Notes: generated from the sequence alone by a model not told the origin. Positions 9,845 through 19,928 are shown, numbered from the stretch's first letter. The stretch: 64,000 nucleotides of DNA from an uncultured Gammaproteobacteria bacterium (GCA_964409875.1 CAYPEN010000002.1:210630-274629), one strand, 5' to 3'. Numbers and translations: made by a program.

Positions 9845-10094
9845 ATTACATTTAATTTGTGCTTATTATACTAGATGGATATATTTGATTAAGATGATAT
9901 AGTTTATCTTTCTTTTATAATTCTAAAAATTGTCTTGTAAAACGCTCTTCTGATGAAGTTATTGTGGTCAATATCACATTAAAATATGTATAAAAAGCCT
10001 TACAAACTTATATATAACTGCAAACTAACGCATTCCGCTTTAAAAAGAATTAGAAAAACATGCAGAGGTTATCCTGTAATCAGAAAAGAAGTGC

Positions 10095-10322
10095 TTAAAA
10101 AGGTATAATTTTATTTACTTTTATTTGAAGTGCATTTGCAATCTTTTCCAAGGTTTTCATGCTCGCTTTCCTATGACCTGTCTCAACAAGACTAATAAAT
10201 GTTTGCGTTAAGTGTGTTTTCTCAGCAAGCTCTTCTTGAGTCATGCCTTTATCAGTTCTCGCACGAGCTATTGCTTTTCCTAATGCCTGTTCCTTCTTAG
10301 TTATTTTTTGCCTGTCTTTCAT
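10095..10322 (-). CDS. XRE-family HTH regulator
   Basis: ARTDKGMTQEELAEKTHLTQTFISLVETG...TLEKIANAL. Confidence 0.92.
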   Translation of the reverse strand: MKDRQKITKKEQALGKAIARARTDKGMTQEELAEKTHLTQTFISLVETGHRKASMKTLEKIANALQIKVNKIIPF

Positions 10323-10358
10323 ACCATATCAAAAGTAACAAACACCCCTCAAAAAGTT

Positions 10359-10421
10359 TATTAACAACTGGTTATATTTCGAGGCCAAACTATTGCAATT
10401 CTATTAACTGGAGGTTATTAT
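10359..10421. promoter_or_regulatory. Paired palindromic operators (TAAC-N5-GTTA) in a divergent promoter region
   Basis: TAACAACTGGTTA 10362-10374 and TAACTGGAGGTTA 10405-10417; the second lies within TTGCAA(10393)-N17-TATTAT(10416). Confidence 0.6.
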
Positions 10422-10442
10422 GTTTTTGGGCCAATTTACACT

Positions 10443-10739
10443 ATGAGAGAGTACAAACACGCTAGGTTGATTGCGGGAATTTTATTTATTGGAGGATTAG
10501 TATTTAGTTTTTTTGTATTTGGAAAATCAGACTTTGTTTTGGTATTTACTTTAATTATTGTGTTTTCTATAGCTGGGATGCTCACTGGTCAAGAAATTGT
10601 TTACGACAAGCTTGGTAAAATGCACTATACGTTCTTTGAAGATGAAGCCAAAAAAAGGCGCGAGAAAGATGAAGAGTTATCAAAAAAGGTTCAGGAATCA
10701 ATGAAACAGTATGAAAAAGAACATCCAGAAACGAAATAA
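10443..10739 (+). CDS. Small 2-TM membrane protein
   Basis: Two hydrophobic segments, charged tail. Confidence 0.7.
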   Translation: MREYKHARLIAGILFIGGLVFSFFVFGKSDFVLVFTLIIVFSIAGMLTGQEIVYDKLGKMHYTFFEDEAKKRREKDEELSKKVQESMKQYEKEHPETK

Positions 10740-11076
10740 GAGAGAGTTAATAATAGGAATTTCTTGTATTTTAATTGGTGCAATTATTACTTATCTGTTA
10801 ATAGGCAACAAAATAAAAGAACAAAAGAATCTAACCTCACGTATACTGAAAAACTCAATTCAAAGCATGGAAGCCTCCAATGAACTTGCCAACTCATGTG
10901 CTGACGCGTACAAAACCGCTACTGCCTGTGTTACTAATCTTCAGTCATGCAATATTTTAGAAGAATCAAAAAAATTAGACGAATACAATACAAGAAGAAA
11001 ACATGCGGACACTATTATCGACTGGGCCAACAAAGACATGAAGCAGATTATCGAAGAAGTTTCGACTAAACATTAG
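10711..11076 (+). CDS. Single-TM coiled-coil protein
   Basis: N-terminal TM followed by a helical region with Cys residues. Confidence 0.7.
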   Translation: MKKNIQKRNKRELIIGISCILIGAIITYLLIGNKIKEQKNLTSRILKNSIQSMEASNELANSCADAYKTATACVTNLQSCNILEESKKLDEYNTRRKHADTIIDWANKDMKQIIEEVSTKH

Positions 11077-11079
11077 TTT

Positions 11080-11295
11080 ATGGGAAGAAAAAGGAAGAAT
11101 GGAGTCTTAATTGATTTCGTGGTGGAAACGATTATAAAAGAACAATATGTTAGTGTTCCATTTATCCAGAGAAAATTTCAAATAAGCTATTCGACAGCAA
11201 GAAAAATCATTTCAAAACTGTTTGAAATGGGATATATCGAAAATGAAACTGAGTTTAAAGATATAAAAGTAATAAAACACAAATATATACAATGA
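11080..11295 (+). CDS. Stand-alone FtsK gamma-like winged-helix protein
   Basis: VSVPFIQRKFQISYSTARKIISKLFEMGYI resembles the FtsK-gamma consensus S.S.lQRrlrIGYnRAariid.LE..G.v. Confidence 0.75.
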   Translation: MGRKRKNGVLIDFVVETIIKEQYVSVPFIQRKFQISYSTARKIISKLFEMGYIENETEFKDIKVIKHKYIQ

Positions 11296-11453
11296 AAAAG
11301 TTAATCGGAATATTTAACACTAAAATAAATACACCAGATGAAATTTATCAAAAAGTAAAAGAGGTTCTTGAAAATAGAAACAAAAAAAACTTAATAAACC
11401 TGAGAAAGGTAGCAAATGATGATATTCATAAGAAGTTTAAAAATATAGCTTAA
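11292..11453 (+). CDS. 53-aa hypothetical protein (not in ORF track)
   Basis: ATGA overlap with the upstream stop; MKKLIGIFNTKINTPDEIYQKVKEVL... Confidence 0.4.
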   Translation: MKKLIGIFNTKINTPDEIYQKVKEVLENRNKKNLINLRKVANDDIHKKFKNIA

Positions 11454-12331
11454 TTATTTTCTGGTGGACAATCTACAAGCTCTGTCTCGATAGTTGCGTG
11501 TTCAATGTGAAATTCTTCTTTTAGCTTTTCTTTAATTTCTTTCACAACCTTTATACTTTCTTCTAAGGTGCATTTTTCAATTGTAATATGACAGCTAAGT
11601 GCCGAATCATGAGACGAAATTGCCCATGCATGTAGGTCATCAGCGTTCTTTACATTTGGAGTGTCCAATACTGCTTTCTTTATTCTTTCCATATCTAATC
11701 CTTCAGGCACGCCCTCTAATAGAACATGCACAGCGTCTCTTACTACGCTCCAACTTCCCCGAATAAGAAATACGCCAATAACAACACTAATTAGTGAATC
11801 GAAGATAGACATACCTGTGATAAGAATCAGAACACCTGCAATAAGTGCACCAACTGAAGCTAATGCATCAAAAAGCATGTTTATGTAAGCACTCCTGATG
11901 TTTAAGTCTTTCTTTTCGCTTCTAAAAAGCAACGCGATGCTAAGATTTACACATAGACCAATAAAAGCTACTATCACCACAACCCCACCTTCAACTGGAT
12001 GAGGAGTTAATAATCTTTGATATGCCTCGTAAAAAATATATAGCGCGAGAAGAAACAGTATTAAACCATTTATCAAAGCGGCAAGAATTGTAGCTCTACC
12101 ATACCCGTAAGTATGGTCAACATTTGCCTTTCTTTTTGAAATCCTGTTTGCTAAAAATGAAATAAGAAGAGTTAGCGAATCAGTGAGGTTATGACCTGCA
12201 TCTGAAATAAGAGCAAGGCTTCCCGAAAGAATTCCAGCGATGAATTCAATAACTGTAAACCCAGTATTCAGAACTAGTCCTATTTTAAGTTTCCTATCTA
12301 ATTTTTCAGGGACGCTGTGATTTTCGCTCAT
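11450..12331 (-). CDS. czcD: Cation diffusion facilitator (Zn/Co/Cd efflux)
   Basis: SLALISDAGHNLTD, TYGYGR, DLHAW, IEHATIE. Confidence 0.92.
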   Translation of the reverse strand: MSENHSVPEKLDRKLKIGLVLNTGFTVIEFIAGILSGSLALISDAGHNLTDSLTLLISFLANRISKRKANVDHTYGYGRATILAALINGLILFLLALYIFYEAYQRLLTPHPVEGGVVVIVAFIGLCVNLSIALLFRSEKKDLNIRSAYINMLFDALASVGALIAGVLILITGMSIFDSLISVVIGVFLIRGSWSVVRDAVHVLLEGVPEGLDMERIKKAVLDTPNVKNADDLHAWAISSHDSALSCHITIEKCTLEESIKVVKEIKEKLKEEFHIEHATIETELVDCPPENN

Positions 12332-12354
12332 GAATTAATTCTAGCACTTAAAAT

Positions 12355-12570
12355 CTAAACCAGTGGAGTAGCAGAATAACCGACAGTCTTTATTATATTA
12401 ATAATTTTTTGAAGATTAATCTTGGAATCATCAAACTCAATCTCCGTATGTTGCTTTGCATAGTTTGTGTTAGAACTTTTAACTCCATCTGTATCCTCAA
12501 GTTCTCCATCTATATTCATAGCACAACTCGTACAATGCATTCCTTCAATTTTAAGTTTTAACTTTGTCAT
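12355..12570 (-). CDS. copZ: Copper chaperone (HMA domain)
   Basis: GMHCTSC motif, 71 aa. Confidence 0.9.
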   Translation of the reverse strand: MTKLKLKIEGMHCTSCAMNIDGELEDTDGVKSSNTNYAKQHTEIEFDDSKINLQKIINIIKTVGYSATPLV

Positions 12571-13706
12571 ATTACGTTAATCACCCCTCTATACATTCCC
12601 ATACTACATGAAAAGGGAATTTGTGTTGGTTTATCTGGCATTTTCAATGCGAAAGTTTCAGTATTCCCAGCCTGAACAACTTTTTGATATTTAAAATATG
12701 GAATCGTAATAGCCGATGCACAAGTATATGTTCCTGCATTCTTAATCTTGAATGATACTGTTGTTCCTGCTTTAACTGTAATTTGATTTGGGACGTATCC
12801 TGATTTTTCAATATCAATCATTACGTTTTGGGATGGTTTGGCTTCAGCTGATACAGCTGTAGACTTTGCTGGTTTATTAAATAAGCTATTTAAAGTCCAT
12901 GAGCTACCTGTTAATGCCAGAATGTTATTTAAATTAAATACTGCAAGAAGGATAAGAACTACAGCTGCAAATTTCATAAATCTGTTTTGCATTGTTTCTC
13001 CAAGTCTTGTGGCAAAATATCCAAGAATAAAAAAGAGAGGAGAGGTGCCCAATACGAATGCGAAAAGAATAGCAGCACCCAAGAATGGACTACCTGAACC
13101 TATTGCTAATGCCATCATTGCTTGCGTAATGCCACAAGGAATTAGAACGGTGAATGCTCCAAGGAGAGCTGGAGCAAATATGCTCTTGCTCTTTGATTGA
13201 TTCCTAACCATACGTGTTAATGATTTTGGAGGCTGAATGATGAAATACCTGAAGATTGGATGAACATTCAGTAAATTAAGAGCAGTGCCCACCATAAATA
13301 TCACAACTGCAAGCTGCATTATAACTTGCGTGGCTATAGACAGTTGAAATAATGAGCCAAGCCAACCAAGAAGAAATCCTAATATTGTATATGCAATTAG
13401 CTTTGCAACTAAAAATGAGAGTATTGGTACGGCATTGTCTGTCTGTTTTGTTTTTTCCTTTAAATTCTCTTCTTCTCTCTGAGCTATGGTTGCAGCGAGA
13501 AGTCCTCCCTGTACTGCAAGACAAGTAAGTCCTCCAGTAAGAAGTCCTGTTAGAAATATTGTCCATAAATTAATATTTTTTGGATTTGGTGTTGGGGAAC
13601 CAGGATTCTGTAATGAATTAATTTTAAGCAGCAAAATTCCTATTAAAACAAATGCAATTACGACTGCACCAATAAGTAATTTTTCTTTTTTAATTTTTAT
13701 TTCCAT
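12567..13706 (-). CDS. DsbD_2/TauE-SafE-like membrane protein with C-terminal cupredoxin domain
   Basis: GLTCLAVQGG and LIPCG TM motifs; C-terminal FSCSMGMYRG. Confidence 0.85.
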   Translation of the reverse strand: MEIKIKKEKLLIGAVVIAFVLIGILLLKINSLQNPGSPTPNPKNINLWTIFLTGLLTGGLTCLAVQGGLLAATIAQREEENLKEKTKQTDNAVPILSFLVAKLIAYTILGFLLGWLGSLFQLSIATQVIMQLAVVIFMVGTALNLLNVHPIFRYFIIQPPKSLTRMVRNQSKSKSIFAPALLGAFTVLIPCGITQAMMALAIGSGSPFLGAAILFAFVLGTSPLFFILGYFATRLGETMQNRFMKFAAVVLILLAVFNLNNILALTGSSWTLNSLFNKPAKSTAVSAEAKPSQNVMIDIEKSGYVPNQITVKAGTTVSFKIKNAGTYTCASAITIPYFKYQKVVQAGNTETFALKMPDKPTQIPFSCSMGMYRGVINVI

Positions 13707-13708
13707 AG

Positions 13709-15928
13709 TTATATTTTAACTCTTTTAAGCAAGAGAGAATTCGAAACCACTGAAACGCTCGATAATGCCATAGCAACAGATGCAAGTATAGGACTAAGTA
13801 AAATACCCCATATTGGATATAGTATCCCCATAGCTATTGGTATAAGCACTACATTATATCCAAATGCCCAGAAAAGATTTTGCTTAATGGTTCTCATGGT
13901 TTTTTTGGATAATTCTATAGACGATACGACAGAATTCAGATTCTTGTTAACTAAAGTAATGTCGGATGCTTCGATAGCAACATCTGTTCCTGTTCCCATA
14001 GCAATTCCAATATCTGCTCTTGCTAGTGCTGGAGCGTCATTAATTCCATCTCCAACCATAGCAACTTTTTTACCCTCAGCTTGAATTTTTCTAACCTCTT
14101 CTTCCTTGCCTTCAGGTAAAACTTCTGCTAGAACTCGAGTGATACCTAGTTTTCCAGCAATTGCATCAGCTGTTTTTTGATTGTCACCCGTAATCATTGC
14201 AACTTCTATTCCCATCTTTTGTAATTTTTCAACAGCTTTTTTAGCCGATTCTTTTACCGTATCTGCAACTGCAATTATTCCGATTGCTTTGCTATTTGAA
14301 GCAAGAAGCATAACTGTTTTACCTTGATTTTCGAGTCTATTAATTTGTTCTTTTAGTGCATCTAGTGAAACTTTTTCTCTATTCATAAGCCTTTGATTCC
14401 CAAAGAAGAATGTATCTTTGCCAATTGCTCCCTCAATGCCATGTCCTGAAGTTGCGTTAAATTTATTGACTGACTGTGTTTTTACTTTTTGATTTTCAGC
14501 ATGGGTTACTATCGCCTCAGCAAGTGAATGCTCTGAACCTTTTTCAAGAGAAGCTGCAATACTTAAAACCTCATTTTTCTTTAAGCCATCTATCGCAATA
14601 ATATCTGTTACTTCTGGCTTACCATTTGTTAATGTACCTGTTTTATCAAATATTACGGTCTGAATCTTATTTGCGATTTCAAGACTCTCTGCATCTTTAA
14701 TGAGTATTCCGTTTTCTGCTCCTTTGCCTGTTCCAACCATTATTGCAGTTGGTGTAGCAAGACCCATTGCGCACGGACACGCAATAACAAGAACTGAAAT
14801 CATAGCAACAAGCCCATTAATATAATTGCCCGTCAATAAACCCCATCCAAAAAAAGTTAAGATGGCAATAATCAAGACGGCTGGAACAAAAATTTCAGAT
14901 ACTCTATCAGCTAGTCGTTGAATTGGAGCCTTTGAACCCTGAGCCTCTTCAACAAGCCTTATGATTTGTGAAAGCATAGTGTCTGCTCCAACTTTTGTTG
15001 CTTTCATGACAAAAGTACCTGTTTTGTTCATGGTTGCACCAATTACTTGTGCTCCAATTGTTTTATCAACTGGGATACTTTCTCCTGTCACCATAGACTC
15101 ATTCACTGATGATTCACCTTCCATAATTACCCCATCAACAGGAATCTTTTCCCCTGGTCTGACTCGAATCAAATCACCAATCAGAACCTCTTCAATTGCA
15201 ACATCAATTTCTTTCCCATCCCTAATAACTCGTGCAGTCTTTGCTTGAAGATTTGCTAGTTTTTTAATTGCATCAGAAGTGTGAGATTTTGCTCTTGCTT
15301 CAAGATATTTCCCAAGAGTTATTAATCCAATTACAACAATTACTACGTCATAATAATTGTGCTCTGTATTGAGAAATGCTTTTAGAGGTGTTTCGAATGC
15401 TGTAACTGCAAAACTGTAAATGAAAGCGACAAGTGTTCCGATGCCTACCAACGAATCCATATCTGCTTTTCTGTATTTAATGAAACGCCATAGTCCAGCA
15501 AGATATGGCCTTCCAACAACAAACATCATGTATGTGGCAAAGATGGGTAAAAGGTGATGGAAGAATTCTTTTATCGTGTAGCTCATGGGTAAAAATATTT
15601 CCCAAAGCATAATAAATGAACTAATTCCTATGAGGACAAGTGAAACAATGACATTTTCTTTAAGTTTTGAGTCATAACCCATATTCATATGGTCATGAGA
15701 ACTTTGCATGGGCTCATCAACTACTAACTCGTAGCCTTTCTTTTTAACGGCTGAGGCAAGTGCTTGCTCTGAAGTGTTTTCATCACAATTAATAGTCGCT
15801 CGATTTGTTGCAAGATTAACAGTTGCATCAGTAACACCATCAACTTTTTTAAGAGTTCGTTCAAGAACATTTACGCAAGAAGCACAATGCATTCCTTTAA
15901 CATCAAATGTTTTCTTAATTTCAGACAT
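13709..15928 (-). CDS. copA: Cu(I)-exporting P1B ATPase
   Basis: [32 protein letters not shown] and MALSS motifs. Confidence 0.96.
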   Translation of the reverse strand: MSEIKKTFDVKGMHCASCVNVLERTLKKVDGVTDATVNLATNRATINCDENTSEQALASAVKKKGYELVVDEPMQSSHDHMNMGYDSKLKENVIVSLVLIGISSFIMLWEIFLPMSYTIKEFFHHLLPIFATYMMFVVGRPYLAGLWRFIKYRKADMDSLVGIGTLVAFIYSFAVTAFETPLKAFLNTEHNYYDVVIVVIGLITLGKYLEARAKSHTSDAIKKLANLQAKTARVIRDGKEIDVAIEEVLIGDLIRVRPGEKIPVDGVIMEGESSVNESMVTGESIPVDKTIGAQVIGATMNKTGTFVMKATKVGADTMLSQIIRLVEEAQGSKAPIQRLADRVSEIFVPAVLIIAILTFFGWGLLTGNYINGLVAMISVLVIACPCAMGLATPTAIMVGTGKGAENGILIKDAESLEIANKIQTVIFDKTGTLTNGKPEVTDIIAIDGLKKNEVLSIAASLEKGSEHSLAEAIVTHAENQKVKTQSVNKFNATSGHGIEGAIGKDTFFFGNQRLMNREKVSLDALKEQINRLENQGKTVMLLASNSKAIGIIAVADTVKESAKKAVEKLQKMGIEVAMITGDNQKTADAIAGKLGITRVLAEVLPEGKEEEVRKIQAEGKKVAMVGDGINDAPALARADIGIAMGTGTDVAIEASDITLVNKNLNSVVSSIELSKKTMRTIKQNLFWAFGYNVVLIPIAMGILYPIWGILLSPILASVAMALSSVSVVSNSLLLKRVKI

Positions 15929-15931
15929 AAA

Positions 15932-16204
15932 TTAACTTTTTTTCTTGAACACTTGCATTATTTCCTCAATAGACTCATCTGCATTGCCTTCTTTAATTGC
16001 ATCAGCAACACAGCCTTTAAGATGATTTTCTAAAAGAAGATTTCCTGTTTCTTTGAGACCTGATTCAACTGCCTGCATTTGATGCATAACATCTATGCAG
16101 TATGCATCTTCTTCCATCATCTTAATAACTTTATCTAAATGTCCTCTTGCTATCTTGAGACGGTGAGTTATTCTTTCGTGTGTGTCTTTTGGTCGGTAAG
16201 CCAT
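15932..16204 (-). CDS. csoR: CsoR/RcnR-family metal-sensing repressor
   Basis: Start ATG 16204; RLKIARGHL...YCIDV...NHLKGC. Confidence 0.92.
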   Translation of the reverse strand: MAYRPKDTHERITHRLKIARGHLDKVIKMMEEDAYCIDVMHQMQAVESGLKETGNLLLENHLKGCVADAIKEGNADESIEEIMQVFKKKS

Positions 16205-16252
16205 ATATCCCCCTATGAGGGATATACTAAGACTATTGAAATATTTTGTCAA
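16204..16252 (-). promoter_or_regulatory. csoR operon promoter with CsoR-type operator
   Basis: TTGACA(16252-16247)-N17-TAGTAT(16229-16224); palindrome TATATCCC-N7-GGGATATA at 16204-16226 with C/G tracts. Confidence 0.8.
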
Positions 16253-16292
16253 GACCTTAATAGGGTTATTAAAGTGATATAATTTGCCTCAC

Positions 16293-17030
16293 ATGAGAAC
16301 TCCACCAAAGAAAGTGCTTTCAAGCAAAATTAAAGATTACAAAAGGGACAAAAAAGTTCTGACCCCTCCTTTCGGCCAAATAAACATGAGTCAGGTCATG
16401 TGGCATAAAGAGATGCTTCCTGATTTTTTATGGATAGATTCTCTTGTCGTGTTCTACGGAGACATAGAAGCATCAGAGTATTACAATCGAATGCTCAATG
16501 TTTTAGACGAATACCATAAAGCTGAACCCATTCTTACAGGTACAATAAGCGATTTTGGGTTAATCAAACCCGAAGATAGACCAAAAATCTTAAAAGCTAA
16601 TAAATTTCTAATAGAAGACGCTGTTATCCACCCATTCGCAAACATAATTCGGCTTTATCCCGAGTGCCCCATGTCTTGGTTACTTGAGGGTGCGTCTTTA
16701 TACGAGCTGAATGTTTCCGACACAATTGAAGATGCAAAAAAAGCTGTTGAAAGACTATTTCCAGCCAAAGATAATCATAGTGGACTTGTAAGAGCACTTC
16801 CTCTCAATAGATTCTTTAAGCACAAAAAAGTGCAAATAACTTCAAATATGAAAGAGACAATCAAAAGCATTGAAGAATATCCCAAGGGAGATAGATATAG
16901 AGCAGAGTCTTTTGCCAGAAATCTTCTTAACATGTTCTATATGCAGGAACATGAAAAAAACCCTGACTTAGCAAAATGGAGCAAATATTTTTGGACTTAT
17001 AATTTCAAAATTTCTAAATGTGAGGTATGA
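16293..17030 (+). CDS. Hypothetical protein, partner of the DUF5677-like gene
   Basis: ATG 16293 after TATAAT; ATGA overlap with the next gene. Confidence 0.8.
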   Translation: MRTPPKKVLSSKIKDYKRDKKVLTPPFGQINMSQVMWHKEMLPDFLWIDSLVVFYGDIEASEYYNRMLNVLDEYHKAEPILTGTISDFGLIKPEDRPKILKANKFLIEDAVIHPFANIIRLYPECPMSWLLEGASLYELNVSDTIEDAKKAVERLFPAKDNHSGLVRALPLNRFFKHKKVQITSNMKETIKSIEEYPKGDRYRAESFARNLLNMFYMQEHEKNPDLAKWSKYFWTYNFKISKCEV

Positions 17031-17848
17031 AAAGAGCTGAGAAAAAACACATAGACGTTATTGAGGAATTTAGAAACTGTGGAAGAAATGCCGCAGATAA
17101 AATTATTGCCGTTCTGGAGTCCCAACAGGAAAAAATCGAAATTGATACTTACTCAAGGCATAAAGATGAAGTTGTAAACGGATTGTTCTTCAGGGTCTTT
17201 AGGTTTTACCATAGTTTTCTTATCAGTTTTCACTTCTGGGCAGCAGACATAAGTGAAATGACGTATCGAACAATGCTAGAGAGTCTTTTCTACTTGAAAT
17301 TCCTGACACATGAAAACAAAGAAGATTTGTATAAAGAGTTTGTAAAATATGGGATTGGTCAAGAAAAGTTATTCAAAGCCCATCTAGGTACTCTTCTTGA
17401 CGAAAAGAAAATTGTAAGCTCACCTGAACTCATTGATTACATTAACTCTGGCAGTGATGATGAAATATGGGATGAACTAGTCTCAATAAAATTAGCTAAC
17501 TTTGAAAACCTAAATAAATTAGCAGAAAAAATAGATTCAAAATATGATTATACAGTTCACTACCAACCATATTCGATAACCGAACACGGGCAATGGCCAG
17601 CTTTAAAAAGATTTTATCTAAAAAGGTGTAGGAATCCATTACATAGATACCATTTTATCGGCAATGCAAGGCTTCCGTATATGGATTTGAGTTTTCTGTT
17701 TTCTACATCAAATCTTTTTTACGAAGCATATCTGATTTGGATAAAAACGTATAGTCTGCCAGACGAAGTTAAGCCTATTATTGATGAGTATGCAGAGTGT
17801 GTTGGGAAAATTGAAAAACCAGATGAGAAAAATTCTGAAAAAAAATAA
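17027..17848 (+). CDS. DUF5677-like helical (HEPN-like) protein
   Basis: YRTMLESLFYLKFL and YQPYSITEHGQW patterns. Confidence 0.6.
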   Translation: MKRAEKKHIDVIEEFRNCGRNAADKIIAVLESQQEKIEIDTYSRHKDEVVNGLFFRVFRFYHSFLISFHFWAADISEMTYRTMLESLFYLKFLTHENKEDLYKEFVKYGIGQEKLFKAHLGTLLDEKKIVSSPELIDYINSGSDDEIWDELVSIKLANFENLNKLAEKIDSKYDYTVHYQPYSITEHGQWPALKRFYLKRCRNPLHRYHFIGNARLPYMDLSFLFSTSNLFYEAYLIWIKTYSLPDEVKPIIDEYAECVGKIEKPDEKNSEKK

Positions 17849-18107
17849 TACCGTCTTTCAAAAGCAGGTACTGGTATCTCACGTAGAGGGGTTTATTACT
17901 ACTGTAAAAGCTTCCCGATATAAGGGTAAACTCAGCACAGGGGGTATCAATTTTTATCAGTCAGTTCTATACTACACACTGAGGAGATAGCGAGCCTGCT
18001 GCATCACCACGTCAGGGTAGATTACCAACTCTGGCCAGTTGGAGCCGTAGAAATCGTTCCATCGCTCGAGCACCCAATCATTTTTATAACCATTCCCTGG
18101 TTAATAA

Positions 18108-18533
18108 ATGAAAAACTATTGGAAATTATTAATCCCTCTTATTATTATCATCTTCGCATTTCCCTATTCTTTTGATTTAGGCCTTTTTAAGGGTGAGATT
18201 ACAGAATATTCACTCAGTTGCGATAAGGAAAAATATGTTAACTACAGATGTTTAGAAAAATGGCTTCCTCTCAACCCAACTACCTACAAACCAAATACAA
18301 ATAAACAGCAGGTATTATATTGGACTTTATCAGATATTCAGACTCTTAAGAAATGCTCTGTAGTAAATAGGAAAAATTGGACTTGTAGATATGATGACGA
18401 ATCTGCAGAATTTGGGTTTAAGGATGGACAGTTTTGGGAAGCATCACTTGGGAAAAGCATTTCAGATGACTTATTTGAAACAAGATATGTTTCAAAACTA
18501 GAATACCGACTCGAAGAAATGAAGTGGTGGTGA
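18108..18533 (+). CDS. Membrane-anchored hypothetical protein
   Basis: N-terminal TM, four Cys. Confidence 0.7.
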   Translation: MKNYWKLLIPLIIIIFAFPYSFDLGLFKGEITEYSLSCDKEKYVNYRCLEKWLPLNPTTYKPNTNKQQVLYWTLSDIQTLKKCSVVNRKNWTCRYDDESAEFGFKDGQFWEASLGKSISDDLFETRYVSKLEYRLEEMKWW

Positions 18534-18548
18534 TACCTGTAGCCCTCG

Positions 18549-18599
18549 ACAATAGCAAAAGCCTTAAAAGTTGACGCTTCTGAGCTTCTCCCTTTTTAA
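18549..18599 (+). pseudogene. C-terminal remnant of an XRE HTH gene
   Basis: TIAKALKVDASELLPF* resembles KIANALQIKVNKIIPF* of 10095-10322; no start codon. Confidence 0.5.
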
Positions 18600-18657
18600 T
18601 ACCCAGGAGTGATACAATAGAAGGTAATCGGCTGCCCATCGTGCAGCCTTTTTTTGT

Positions 18658-19407
18658 ATGAGTAAATACAGAGCAGTAGGCAGTAAACTCAAGAACGAAT
18701 CCGATCCTTCTCTTGCAAAGGAACATAAGGCTGGGGCTGTCGTTGAATTAGTTCAACCAGCTAAGGATGATCGCTGGGGCAGATACTACTTCAATCACTA
18801 TCAGCGTTATTGGAATATCCTGAACGAATCTCGAAGACACTACAATAGAGCTCTTATTTATCTTAAAAAATGTCGTCAGTTGCCAGTCGATACAAAAACT
18901 CAAAATAGACATGTACCTGAAGAACTAAGAGACAAACTTGAAATGCACTCAATGAAATATCTTGTCCTCCTGAAGATGGGGTATGAATATATGACTCTGG
19001 AGATGTTGTCATCAATAGATCATATAGAAGAAGCAAAACAAGGTATAGCAAAGACAGATTGGGATAAGGTTGATCTATTGAAAAGAATAAGCTCATTGAA
19101 GAGCAAATTGTCCATAAGCAAAGACATCCCTGACTGTCTCTTCCCACTTTTTGATCGAAGAGACATTGTTGAACACCCTAATCAAGAGCGCTTATACAAT
19201 GCTACCGATAATGGCTGGAAAAATAATCATTTAGCATGGGTTTTAAGTGGTGATATGGAAGGGACAATGGAAAAGATTGTTGATTTTACAAGCGAAATAA
19301 TCAAAGTGTTTGATGAATATGTAAAAAATAGTCCCATTCCTGGAACATTGGAAGGAGTAGTAAGGGGATTAAAAGCATCTGAGTCATATAAAAATCCTAA
19401 AAAATAA
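18658..19407 (+). CDS. Hypothetical protein with HEPN-like Rx4H motif
   Basis: Helical; RDIVEH at 19159-19176. Confidence 0.7.
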   Translation: MSKYRAVGSKLKNESDPSLAKEHKAGAVVELVQPAKDDRWGRYYFNHYQRYWNILNESRRHYNRALIYLKKCRQLPVDTKTQNRHVPEELRDKLEMHSMKYLVLLKMGYEYMTLEMLSSIDHIEEAKQGIAKTDWDKVDLLKRISSLKSKLSISKDIPDCLFPLFDRRDIVEHPNQERLYNATDNGWKNNHLAWVLSGDMEGTMEKIVDFTSEIIKVFDEYVKNSPIPGTLEGVVRGLKASESYKNPKK

Positions 19408-19409
19408 AC

Positions 19410-19928
19410 ATGAACAACTCTAATCTTAGATATATCAATACTGCATTAGCAGGAGCTAAGTATCACGAAGATCAAGCATTTCAAGTAAGAGGTAATCAAC
19501 CAAATGATTACAATAAAATTGTTTTTCATCTGAGGGCATATTTTTGGGAGCTTTGGTCTGCTTGGGACTATGTACTGCAGGAAACAAACAGGCAAACCTT
19601 TCATTTAGAACCACATGAGGTACGCAGAAATATCCTAAATAAAGTTAGGAAAGAAGTTCCTGACTATAAATTTCTCGAACTGCTCGAATCCATTCAGGAA
19701 AATGAAAGATTAAAAAGAATTATGTGGTTGCGTGACCATGCTCATAAATGGCAAATTGAGCCATATATGATTGACCATGATGATGAAAAAGTAAATATCA
19801 TTGCCTTAAATAATCTTGATTCACGAGATAAGTTTTTAGATAGGCAAATTAACATAGATAGAAATGATTTATATTTTATGCAAGAGTTCATAAACTCACT
19901 TTCGAAGGAAGGTTTTTTTGAAGCATGA
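19410..19928 (+). CDS. Hypothetical HEPN-like protein
   Basis: AKYH...RAYFWELWSAWDY...WLRDHAH; 2 nt after the upstream stop. Confidence 0.65.
   Translation: MNNSNLRYINTALAGAKYHEDQAFQVRGNQPNDYNKIVFHLRAYFWELWSAWDYVLQETNRQTFHLEPHEVRRNILNKVRKEVPDYKFLELLESIQENERLKRIMWLRDHAHKWQIEPYMIDHDDEKVNIIALNNLDSRDKFLDRQINIDRNDLYFMQEFINSLSKEGFFEA

Noticed and set aside
17850-18107. Possible retron or other ncRNA in the intergenic gap
   Set aside because: No reverse transcriptase nearby and only a short palindrome; better explained as a gene remnant.
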